DNA from: Bugula neritina
Lineage: Eukaryota > Animalia > Bryozoa
Reading direction: 5' to 3'
Length of the DNA: 64,000 nucleotides
Assembly: GCA_964035545.1 (NCBI GenBank)
Contig: OZ037766.1
Location: forward strand, 2,914,001-2,978,000
The translations under genes and the position numbers were made by a program. The notes beneath the pieces were generated by a model. That model worked only from the letters and a program-made list of their open reading frames with translations, did not search any database and was not told the DNA's origin. Each line of letters begins with the position of its first letter. Position 1 is the stretch's first letter. Positions 35,501-50,400 of this stretch are shown here, one piece after another.

Positions 35501-37480
35501 TACTTTTGGGTTCAGATACTTACTGCACACTGCAATATTAGCAAGGTTGAAGTTACTGATTGTGTTTACATTGTACTCTATCAAGAATAATCACATTGTT
35601 TTCTGCAGGTTGATTACCGTCTTTCCAGCAATACAAACAGCAATAAGAAAAAGAAATCATTTGCTAAATGTAAGTTTGCGTGTAGCATATCTTTCCTGTG
35701 TAAGTAATGTAAGTTTACAGTAAGTATTAATAGTTATCGACTCGACTTCAAGTCATCAGGTAGAATATTAGATATATGCTATGCGTTTCATCTAATAGTT
35801 ATATAATGTACCATAGCTATATAATATTTTATATGTTTACATAATGTTGTAGATGACAGTTTTATATGACACTCTAAATATTTGTATTATAATATAATAC
35901 ATGTACACTATGATTTTTAATTTATAGTGCCTCGGCCAAGTTATTTTACATGGTGATTTGTATTATTAAATTGAATCTGTGATATTAACTGCAATAAATG
36001 TATTCTAAACACAAATAGAATTGTAGGTTCTGCAAACAATTTTTTATTAAAATTATTTGTAATAAATGCAGGTGGCATTAATAGTATTGGGAAATTGTTA
36101 CAAAGTGTTATAATTAATAGTCATGGTTAAATATTTTATAATGTCCAAGTTACTCGCATGTTTCCCTCTGCTGTTGCTGAAATAATTGGTAAAACTGTAG
36201 TTAATACAGCTCTTTGTTGCAGGAGTATGAAAAATGTCAGCAAAAAGTTGATAAACAGAAGAAAAAAGAGCGAACTGGTGCAAACCTCGTGAAACTCGAC
36301 ACTGTAAATATATAACACCTTGTTTACAGTGTGTTGTTTTTACAGTGTGTTTTGTTTACAGTGTGTTGTGTGTACATTGTGTTTACTGTGTTGTGTTTAA
36401 ACTGTGTTGTGTTTAAACTGTGTTGTGTAATTATTTTAGTTACAAAAAGCACTCAATACTGCTAAAGAAGAATTTGAATCTGAAAACACCGCGTTATGTA
36501 AGAAAATGTCGGATATGTACGAGCGGAGAACTGAGTATATAATTCCTAGCGTGCATGCCCTCATCAACTTGCAGGTGAAAATGCTTCATCAGCACCCATC
36601 GTGTGAGCTGTAACTGTTCACAGGGTTGATATTTTTGTGAGGTTGTGTAGTATTGCGGCCAGATTTTTAAAATATTCCTTTGAAGTTTTCATTATTTTTT
36701 ACAAGATGTAAGCAGGACCGTCTTCAAAGCACTTCGCTAGGTGTAGTTTGAGCAACTTTGCAGAAAGTTTGAATAAATAATTCTCAGTTAGTTGCAACAG
36801 AATTACAATGTCTTTTATTTTACAGCCTTTAATGTTTTTGTTATTATATGTATAAATTCTTGTGATCCCTCCTTACATAGCATGTTCTTCATCAACTCCC
36901 CAATAAGTATAAATAGAGATAAATAGAGGGATGGATGTTGAAAGCAATACTATAATAATATAATTGTATCATATGCTTGCAAAATTGGTTTAAATTTAAT
37001 CTGTTGAACAAATATTCTCATCGTTTACGGATTAGTTAGATGGTTTAAGAGTTATCTCCTCTTTGTGAAATGACGACGAAATACATTGTTCAGTAGTGTG
37101 AATTTTCCTGAAAAGAAACTGTAAATTTTGTTTTCTTAACAAAATCGGGGAAACTACTTTATTGCTGTCCCCTCTCTTTTTTCTCCTCTTAATAGAAAGA
37201 ACTTTTCCTGCGGTTTTATAAAATTTAGATAACATTTAGAGACTACCTTTTGATATCCAGTTATTTTTTGACAGTCTGTAATGCTTTTTATATTTATTTA
37301 TTACAGAAGTTTTCTTCTCTTGTATTTTAGACGCGTCAACTAGGAGAAGCATACAGGGCGTGTGTTGAGATAGAAGAGCATTTCAAGTCTCCAAACCCGA
37401 TCAACCCAAATCCTACAGACAGATACACTCTTACAGATAAAAATAGATTTCAAGAGATTAAGGCCCTCTCTATTGTGTAG
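32540..37480 (+). CDS. BIN3: Bridging integrator 3-like BAR-domain protein, 257 aa
   Basis: Exons 32540-32547, 32911-32968, 33139-33179, 33364-33425, 34813-34949, 35244-35284, 35609-35669, 36223-36303, 36440-36574, 37331-37480 total 774 nt in frame. BIN3-like features: MNW micro first exon, VEPVKK..VFP...AIRKR, KERTGANLVKL and C-terminal EIKALSIV*. Confidence 0.88.
34690..34812. repeat. 20-bp minisatellite whose last unit forms a BIN3 splice acceptor
   Basis: About 6 units of ATACTCCTGTATACTTGTAT; the final unit reads CTTGTAG and abuts exon 5. Confidence 0.88.
35286..35525. repeat. 36-bp minisatellite starting at a BIN3 splice donor
   Basis: Units of TTGGGTTCAGATACTTACCTCTCAGTACACTTACCT; the GGTTCAG motif is shared with the donor region GTAGGTTCAG. 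Confidence 0.9.
36320..36430. repeat. Tandem repeat of about 16-17 bp filling BIN3 intron 8
   Basis: TGTTTACAGTGTGTTG-like units. Confidence 0.8.
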
Positions 37481-37877
37481 TAAACGTCTGCTGCCGCTGC
37501 TGCCAACCTGTTCTATATTTATTCTTGTATAATAGAAGTTATTATCTCTGTCATGACCAATCAATCAACCATTGACCTTGAGATTGACTTTTTACTCTTC
37601 TTTAATCTAAACACTTTGGAAACTGCATATCTGATTAAAATCATTATTTTGCTATTTATTTTTGTTTTCTATACAGATAATATGATCAGTTTTTTAGTGT
37701 GAAAATATACATTCATATAAACAATACAAAATCTATCACCATCACTGACTGGTACCAAATAAATGAGTCAAATTAGTAAGTAGAGTACAAAAGAAGTTAA
37801 AGTCCAAAACAATGTGTTGAGCAATAGGTGTGCAGGTAAAATAAGAAGCAAAGATGCAGCTATATACTATGTAAGCG

Positions 37878-37944
37878 CATCAAGCCGGTCTCATCAAGCC
37901 GGTCTCATCAAGCCGGTCTCATCAAGCCGGTCTCATCAAGCGGT
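37878..37944. repeat. 14-bp tandem repeat (CATCAAGCCGGTCT, about 4.5 copies)
   Basis: Perfect copies, located in the probable 3' UTR of the minus-strand gene. Confidence 0.92.
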
Positions 37945-38058
37945 TTATGATGAAACTGGTTCATCAAGCATACGGATTCTAAGACATCCAACAAGTGAAG
38001 ATACAATAGTCATGTTAGTATTGCATATTCTATAGTGGGCTTTGTAAAACTTCAATAT

Positions 38059-40468
<2,410 letters not shown>

Positions 40469-40521
40469 GTTTGCAATTCTAAGGCACAATGGGCACAGGC
40501 ATTACTACGAAGTTGCCAAGT

Positions 40522-40535
40522 GTTGCTAAGGAAAT
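40522..40535. promoter_or_regulatory. Candidate RFX X-box upstream of the 193-aa gene
   Basis: GTTGCTAAGGAAAT lies about 54 nt upstream of the predicted ATG, with a second half-site GTTGCCAAG adjacent. Confidence 0.45.
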
Positions 40536-41406
40536 GGTATTTTGGAAAAGTAATAGCTGGCTTCGTTGAATTGGAGAAAAGACAACTCCCGATGACCAAG
40601 AAGTTTTAGATGTCCAATACTTCACTAGAACTCTGTATATTACAGAGCTTCAGTGTTATTTAGGTGATGTCAATAGGTGTTGTTTATTAGTGCATCATAA
40701 ATATTATTTATTTAGTAATTGAAATAATTGCATACAGCTGTCTGCAAATTGTATAAGTTTTTACTTGTGAGCAACATTTTATTCAGTAAGTAAAGAAATG
40801 TAAAATAAATAAAAATATTGTGAAGTGCATTTAAACCACCAATGAGAAAATGATAGCAAGAGGAAGTGCCTTTTAGAATATAGGACAAAACTAAAGCATT
40901 TAAAAATATTATACATTAAAATAATTTCTACGCAAAAGTTGTAAAAACATAAATGTATAGAAGTGTATAACTATACAAAAATATATATTTGCACCTAAAT
41001 TTGGACGGACACAATGTGTTTAGCAAAGTTATCGCAGAATCGGTAATCGAAAGGGAAATTCCTGTAAATAGCACGAAATATTCTTACATGGCCTTCGTTT
41101 CAAAAAATTATAGGTTACATCAAAATCAACTCGGCATGAGTTTAAAAACCAAAAATAAATAAATAAAACCAGAAGATGACAAACAATAGAGAGCTTATAT
41201 AGACTTTCATACAAAAATAAAGATATTAATTTTCATATTTTTGACAATGCCTATCTAACCAAATAGATGAAAGACCAGCTGATTTATAAATCATCTAAGT
41301 AACGAGACATCACTCTGATCCCACACATTACTAACGGAGCTACTAGCAAACCTCAGGCTAAGGCTCAAACTAACTAATTTCATGGATACACTTGGGTGAC
41401 TTCGCT

Positions 41407-44400
41407 CTAGCTGCTCATTCTATAATGCTGAGGAGTAATGTAGGTCTTCACGTAACGTCTGTTGACGGGAACAGCAGTTTTGTACGCGCTGCCGGTAGAC
41501 TGGGGAGGCTTATTGAAGCCGTGTGATTGGCTGGATGGTAGAGGGGTTTGCTCAGCCCTGGGAATACAAAGAGTCAGCGAATTAGCAGCTATAAAACGGT
41601 TCTGGGAATTATTTTCCTACCACACTCAATGAGAGAATACTCTACAATTATTTGTAGGCTAGCTGGCAAAGATTAAGTCTTACACTAGTTTACAGAAATA
41701 AGATTTTACAAAATCCATTTATTTATTGGCAGAGATCAACTTAGAACTGAAGCTGAGTAGTAGAACTCAGATCAAAGTGTGTTGTTTTACAGCTCAAAAT
41801 AGAACAAAATGTTAGAACATGAAATAAAACGATAAAGAAAAAATAAAATCGTATTGTATAATAAGGTAAAATAATTATGTTTGATCCCTGATGTGTGATT
41901 ACATTCTAAAATACATTTGTGCAAAACAATAGCATATCTAGAAATAGTTTACCACAGCCTGTTATTGCGCACGCTAGAGTTGACAGCCCTCCTAATTCTG
42001 TACAACACAAAATTTAGCTGAGACCAAAGTTTTATTAGTTTCACAATAAGAAGTTGTTTGCTCTTTAAATGTGCACTAAAGAGCAGACAACCCTTTAACA
42101 CAATATAGAGGCTCATCAAATATTATAGTGGTTGTACACGGCAGGGTGAAGGGCTTAAACAAGTAGTACGTTGAATCTAAAGTATATTTAAAGGTCTGAA
42201 ATCAATAAAGAGATTGTTCCGGTTTGTTTCCCTTTGATCTGGTAGTAACATTGAACTAACTAACATCTCGTGTAAATGCAATGCATTATGGGTTCGTACC
42301 GGTTTGTGTCAGCCTCTGATTGCCCCTTTCCTTTCGCGTCCGAAGCAAACTGATAAACAATGAGAAGACAATCCTTGCACAGCTCAGTGAGTCTTCTGCA
42401 GCATTCCATCTCGTTTTCACTGATGACGTCAGTTGACTTTGAGAATATTGTCTCCCACGCATTTCTACACACAGAGAGAGGCACATGTATCTGTGCTATG
42501 CAACAACATCTATACTTGTATAGCAACAATAACATTAAATGGTCACACTAGTATTGTATGGTCACGCTAGTATTGTATGGTAACATCAGTATTACATGGT
42601 AACATTAGTATTTCAAGGTAACACCAGTATTGCATGGTCACATTAGTGTTACATGGTAACACTAGCATTACATAGTAACATTAGTATTACATGGTAACAT
42701 CAGCATTGTACGGTCACACTGGTATTACATAGTAACACTAGCATTACTTGGTCACACTAGCATTATATGATAACATTAGCATTAGGTAACACTAGCATTA
42801 CATGGTAACACTAACATTACATGGTAACACTAGTATTACATGGTAAAACCAGCATTACGTGGTCACATCAGTATTGCAAGGTCACACCAGTATAAACCGA
42901 CCCTGAGAAGCAGTTCCACAGGCCCTGGCCGTGACTCCAGAGGAGTCTATTGAACACCCGACTAAACACCCGGTATATCCTCAATGCCTCCACGTCGTGG
43001 GTCTGGTAAATGTGCTGTATCTTGGCCTTGACATTTGACCTCACGATGTCTATCACCTGAAACATGTTTAGTAGTACAATGGCACCATTTTATAAGATAT
43101 TAGAGTTTTGTTAATATTAAAGATTTACAGAGCTAAAGGTAGTAGTATGTGCAAAGAGTTGAAGGTAATATTTGCAGAACTATTTGCAGCACAGAAACAA
43201 ATATCCAGCAAAAAACTGCTTTTATCAATTTACAGACGGAAGAAAATCAGCAAACTCTACCTTTCTTCTTTTGACAGAATCCAGTTTTACGAGCCAATAA
43301 GAAGCCACCCTCGGTTTATGGTACTTCCAATGTTCGAGCAGCTGATCGAGGATCTCCTCAGCCTCACTATCACTTTTACCGGGAAATTTGATTCTCATTT
43401 CCTGTAGAGATGCGAGCACTATACTCACCAGTTCCTCTTCCTTCTCCTTGATAGCCTTGTTCACGGCGTCAGTGTCATCCTATAACGTATACAAACAGCC
43501 AGCTAATAGATTGTAACAGGTTAAATTAGTAGTGAGAATAGAGCAGACAACTCTTATACCATAACGTTACACAGCGACACCATATAGGTGCAGGATTAGG
43601 GAAATCTTGTCACATTATTGCATCATCTGAAGACAACAAAGTGACAAGTTACGCAATGTAGCAGATTATTAAAGGCAAACCACATCTAATGGTTTAGAGA
43701 AATGCTAATGAGTCAACATTAGACTGTGAATCATTCACTAAAGCCTCTGAGTTATGCCTAGGAATCCAGTTAATTAAATATTTTCACCAAACTGTAAATT
43801 CACAGCTAGGCGAGAATATTTGTATTTGTATAGTAAATTATTACTATACAATCTTCTTGAAATGTCAAGATATCAAAATAAAAATTTTACTAAAGTTTTG
43901 AAGCTAAAACAAAATACTGACAGACAAAGTGCGATGAATGAGACTGGCATCCAGGGAGTTAGCGGCTGCATTAGCCTGAGATCTCACGGCTGAGCGTATT
44001 CTTTGTGCGGGCGTCTTAGCCCTCGTGGACAGTGGCCGGCTAGATGTAGCCCGAGGTGGTCTGGAGATCTGCTGGGGGCGCTGAGGGGTCGGCTCTTCGT
44101 CGTCATATTCCGAGTCTGAGTCAGAACCTGCAGATGGAGAGAAGATAACTTCAAAATAGGAAAATATTGCACATTATACTATATCTATATTACACATTGT
44201 ATAACCATATTACATATCCATATTATATATTATATATCCATATTACATATTATATATCCATATAAAATATAAATAAATATAATATAATATATAAATATAT
44301 TATACTTTATAATAAACTTTATTACAAGTTATAATATAAAAATGATATAACATATACTTCGATGCATTATATTATCGCAATATAATATTATATTATGTTT

Positions 44401-47400
44401 TTACTCAAAATATTATTATCATATACAATAAGGTATTATAATAACGGAATAGTTATGCAGTATTTCATTTTATTACATAGCATAATAATATATTATAAAA
44501 ACAAAATAACATATTTGCTAAATGATAAGTCTAAAATTCTCAATACACACAGTTTTGATAGAATAAAAAATGAATTAGAAAAAGTTAAAATTATAAAACT
44601 GTTAATTTTCCTCAGTTTCTAGTTTAAATAAAAGTTCTTGAAATTAATCATTTTCAATTTTAAAAGTGTGCTTTCTATAGGTTATGTTTAGGTTTGATAA
44701 AATTCAACTGAATGGAAATTTCTTTCTTCATGCATGCGTAAGACAATTTCAAGGTAGAAAGAAAATTTCTAATTGCATAAAAAGATATTAGTCATAGCAA
44801 TAGCATTGTTTGAGTTGGAGATGAGGTATGAAGCAATTGCCTGCTACAGTAAAGTAAACCTATTAACTACATTGCCACATACATTTAGCACAAATTTCAT
44901 GTATTTGCTGATAAAATTAAAAGATTGTATATGAGAAGGAAAATAACGTAACAAAAGAATAAATTTACTGAAAAGCAATTAATTATAATTTTCAGTTTTC
45001 TATTTATAGACCAGCTGAGTAAAAATATATATTTATGATAAATAATGACAATTTAAATACCTATCAATATTCCAATTAGCATACGCACTATAACCTTTGC
45101 ATATAACATTTAAATTTGGTTTTAATTTGCTGTAATTTTCCCAATTTTTGGAGCCGTGTCAGAATTAGAATCTAAATAATATGGATAGCTAAGAGCGAGT
45201 AGACATTCATTGAAGAAAAAGTTATGAGAAAATGAAGATTAAAATAGCTGCCTGCAGGTATGATGAGGCCCCCACCTTCTGTTCTAACTTATGGAGGGGG
45301 GGGTTAACACGTCCCAGCCTAACTTCAAACCTAATTTATCCGTGAACCTGTGCACAAGGCAAAGGAGAAATGTCCAGGACGGGACTTTAAAATACTAGCT
45401 CTGTTACTTATTACTGCAGCATGCATTTGGGTTCATCTTCACAAGAAAAGACATTCATTTGTTATGACATTTTATTAAAAAAACTTGCAGATGTGCTCGC
45501 AATGGTTGATCACGTGACCACCCAGTCTCTTGAGGTATTACTCATATTTTGGTTAAGTGATTACTATAAAGCTTACGCACATTGTTGGCTGATATAACAA
45601 CAAAAACATGGTTTCCACATAAATGTTGCAGTAATGGCTTAAAAGTCCAATAATAACAAACCACCAAAGGCAAAGATTAGTGTTGGTTTTTTTATAATTT
45701 ATGCATTACTGGGGAATTTTAATATAACTTAGCAATTGCATCACGTAACAGTTAATATTGCCAACTCATTAATTTATCTCCAATAAACACTTGTAATTGA
45801 CCATGGATATGGCATTTGTAGATGTCATTGTAGACAGTGGAGTACAAAAGACAGCACGACTTGGTTTGAGAGTGTGAAATAGCCAGGGGAGACACCGTGG
45901 CACCGCTTCACAGTAAAACCAGTGCAAAGGGAAGAAAACCTCCTTTTTGCACTCCAACCCCAGAGCCATGCTATACACACAGACCTCTGCCCTTCACATG
46001 AATAAATTACTGGTAATGACATTATATTGGCCAAGCCCTGTTCTTCGGCAGAAGCTATTTTTAACTCCCGGCCACAAAGCATGAGATGAGTAATTGAGCA
46101 ATTATTTAGAAATGCTATACCTGATATATAAATACATAAATTAATATGCAAGCAGAATTGATGTAAAATGTAAAAAGCTCGGTGCACCAGTTGACCAAGA
46201 GTTGGGAAGAGTAAAAGGTGACTTTGGTAGAGTATTAGTGGTGTATAAGTGTCAATGTAGATGGAGGGTTAGTGGGTACAAGTGTATAACACAGCCCCAC
46301 TCTGGCACCACATTAGACATTAAATTAAATAGCAGCGTATTCAAACATACATCAGTATGATACTCTATATCAAACACAACCATACAAAGGCAAATACACT
46401 TTAATAAATCAAACTTTTCTTTTGATGGGTGTACTGTATCTTCAAAGAAAGTAAATTATCTATAAATATATACAATATTATAATAAGAAAAGAGCAATTA
46501 CCAATAATCTGTTAGCTTTGACTGATCACAGTTGTATTGACTTGTAAAGACTTATTGAGATAGAAACCAGTGCTACTGTTATATTTACCTTAATGGTGCC
46601 ATTATTGTCTCAATCGCATACTTTTATCATAAACAGATAGAAATGTGCTAAAATTCACTTCAAAAATATTTAATTCCACAATAAAAACTATAATTCAGTA
46701 TAACACAATTTACTGGTAGAAATCTAGCGTCTTCTTAGAATTTTATTTCAACAAATTTTGCACATAAATAAAATAAACCTTTTTTAATATAAAATATTTC
46801 AAATCTTTGCAATATATGATTATATAAACACTATTAGCTGCAGGCCAAACTGCATCATTATAGAACTTTCTAGAAGTACGAGAATGTGGACTTTCTATAC
46901 TTTTATTACTCAAAACTATTAGATTCCTAACAAAATATTGCACAAAAAGCAGACACAGAAAGTAATTGCAGAACAGAGTTAGCATGAGTGAGTAAGTTCT
47001 CTTGGTTGAAATCCTACAACTCAGTTAGATGATGAGAGAGAATAGAGGATAACTCCGAAAAGCAGCAGAGGTGAGAAAGCAGCTGATGATGTAGAAGCAG
47101 TTAGGAATATCTAATATCTGCAGCAGATGAAACAGAAGTGGACACTGTAAAAGATAACTCTGTCTGCAATGAAGTATGCAGTAACTTCTGCAGTATACAT
47201 ATAATATTTTCTACAGTATATGTGTACCACTTTCTGCAGTGTATGTAGCCTATAGCATTAGCTGCAGTGTATGTATAGTATAGTCTGCAGTGTATGTATA
47301 GTATAGTCTGCAGTGTATGTATAGTATAGTCTGCAGTGTATGTATAGTATAGTCTGTAGTGTATATATAGTATAGTATGCAATGTATGTATAGTATAGTA

Positions 47401-50400
47401 TGCAGTGTATGTATAGTATAGTCTGCAGTGTATGTATAGTATAGTCTGCAGTGTATATATAGTATAGTCTGCAGTGTATATATAGTATAGTATGCAATGT
47501 ATGTATAGTATAGTATGCAGTGTATGTATAGTATAGTCTGCAGTGTATGTATAGTATAGTCTGTAGTGTATATATAGTATAGTATGCAATGTATGTATAG
47601 TATAGTATGCAGTGTATGTATAGTATAGTCTGCAGTGTATGTATAGTATAGTCTGTAGTGTATATATAGTATAGTATGCAATGTATCTATAGTATAGTCT
47701 GCAGTGTATATATAGTATAGTCTGCAGTGTATGTATAGTATAGTCTGCAGTGTATGTATAGTATAGTCTGCAGTATATATATAGTATAGTCTGCAGTATA
47801 TGTATAGTAGTCTGCAGTATATGTATAGTGACAATTAAAATTTTGAAGAGATATAATTTATAGTTTTACATGCAGGCTGAGAGCTTTGAAAACAGTAAAA
47901 TACAGTTTAATGCAGAACACAGGGTGTTATTAAAAGTTATTACATAGAAAATAACGGGCAAAATAAAAGCAAGCTTTATGGTTTAATGAAATTACATGTT
48001 GGGAAATAAACTTTGAATGGAGAACAAGTTTGTGTTTTTAATGTTTGAAATTATAGTGACTAAAATAAATGCTAACATTAGGTAGGGAGCCAATATTGCT
48101 TTTTATTGGTTTGATTGATTGATTATTAACTTGCGTTACTCTGAAGGAGTTGGTTTTTGACACGCTAATTGAATGTTTATTAAAAAAAAACATAGAATGT
48201 ATAAACAATAAGTAGCTTCTCCAGTATACAGCCAATCTAGTACTGGTTCTAAGTTACATCTAAGCAATCATTTTACCATTTATCTTTATCAGAATAAAAA
48301 TGTAAAGGGTGTTGGCAATATTATTCTAAACACAAAAACTGTGAAATTTTTTGAGTAAAAATGCATGAACTATAAAGGTTTCCCATTATTAATTATAAAT
48401 AAACCAATTAATTATAAATTCATTCAAATTGTGAATTTTTTACTTGTACATTTTATTATTTAATTTGCTTAATGTTAGACAAGATGAAACTCATCTTAAC
48501 AGTGAATGCATTAGTTATAACAAGATTTATAATTGACAAACCTATTATATAACTTCCATATAACCTAATTACAATCAACATTATATCCACACATTTAGGC
48601 CCATTAAACTAACAGCTTAAAATAATGTAATACTTCAATATACTCTAATAATAAATCAATATTAATACCAGCCGTAAAAACAATAAATTCTCAAAAGATT
48701 AGTGCAAATAGTATATTATTAAAATACAAATTAAACAAATTACCAGTTTGCCGAGATGTTAAAGTGTTGCTTAATTTTTCATAGTTGTGTTAAATTTAAT
48801 GAAGTTTAATGAAATAAATTATAGAAAGAGAGTATAAAGTGGAAGCAATCACTATTTGTTAGTATAATCAGTATAGTTTAAGAGAATTGAAGATTGCAGC
48901 ATTATGAACTCCGTGACCAGCCATTATATGGAATAATAAAATAATAATCACAGCATCCTGTCTCCAAAGTCGTCAAAATTGACATATTCAATCTTGATGA
49001 GCAAACTTGAACAAGCCTTAGGCCTCAGTAAGTGTTGGAGGTTCCAGGGAACCCCCTAAGTGGAAACAAGCCTTAGACATGGTGTGTTTTATTTTTAGGT
49101 CTAGAGAAAAGCCAGTGAAATGGCATTTAACTTTATATTCATTAATTAATAGAAGAAACTGTGATGCAAAGGTAGAAAATGTGATGTGTGGGAATGGAGG
49201 ATGGGGCTGTGGTCTGCGCCATCACTGATGCATGAGTCATAGTGTTAACTTTACTTTTTCTCACCACCACAACCCCAACATAACAATGGTCAACTACCCA
49301 AAACTATTCCAACCATGCCTTCTTCTATAGAGTGTGTAATTAATTTGGAGCTAAAATTATGATACAAATGCAGAAGTTTGGCGCATTTTAGAGTACACTT
49401 TAGATTAGTAATCCGTTTGTATGATTCATAAAGCTTGTTAATTCCATTTTCTAACAACTATACAAATTACTACCAGCCCAGCTATCTAGCTATTAGTGTT
49501 TAGAAAACCATTCTGATTCAGGCTAGTGTAATTATATAATACATCACTTCATATTTGTAGCATTTGAACTTTTTTGTGGTTGACAAAGTAGACTAAAATG
49601 TATTTAAATATTGGAGAATGTGCAAGGCAGTGCTGTACTCAGTGATTTCATCCACTACCCAGGGCAGACTTAGTAATATATAATCTGCCGGCTCTTTGCA
49701 CCCAAAAATCTGCTATACTTTTCAAACTATTATATAATTCCAGTAACAATAGAGCCCATTTTGGCAGCCCCAGATTTTTTGTCTTCACTTTTTATGTGTC
49801 TTTTGTGCATCAAACTGCACCCAAAAGCAGTTAAAAAATAAGATAGATTGCTTTTACACAATAAAAATAGTTGGCCTGGTCTATATTTAGTAGCAGTGTG
49901 GTTAAATCTGCCAGCTCCATTAAATGCTATGCTCTCGCTAGAAGTACAGTTGCTGTAATTAAATAACCACTTGTCGGCCATTGTCAGGACAAACTTTTCT
50001 AGTAGTCATTTATAAGGCAATAAATAACTCTTTCTGATGAGGGGGATGTTGGTTGAAGTTTAACTTAATTATATCAGATGAAAGCAAACACTTTCACTAC
50101 AATTACACAGAGAAAGCAAACAAATAGCAAAATAAATGGTATTTCGAAGAGAAAACTCGTGAAAAATTGTTATACTTGCTTTTCAAAGCTTAGCTAAAAG
50201 CTACTGGTGCAAAAATCATAAGGAAAAGATTTACTTCACTAAATCGACAGTTTCAGTTAATGTGAAGTTTAAATTATGGCCGAAGTTCTTTACTTTCTAA
50301 AGAATTGTTGTTTGTGGTGGCTTTTAACTAAAACCTACATTTTTCCTAGAAAGCAGGCTTTGAAATTTTGCCAATGTTACACTTGGCGAAGTGTTGAAAT

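Noticed and set aside
37878-37944. CRISPR-like direct repeats (also considered for the other arrays)
   Set aside because: Contiguous tandem units with no unique spacers, in a eukaryotic intron-containing context with no cas genes.
45825-46187. 120-aa minus-strand ORF in the large TTLL7 intron, with a phase-compatible AG near 46122
   Set aside because: No recognisable homology, weak polypyrimidine tract and no compatible donor; the flanking exons already join in frame.
47101-47834. Tyr/Thr/Ile-rich ORFs of 162-194 aa (and 204 aa at 54530-55144)
   Set aside because: Minisatellite translations.
49660-49990. Possible DNA transposon remnant starting CAGGGC
   Set aside because: No matching terminal inverted repeat, target-site duplication or second copy could be established by eye.
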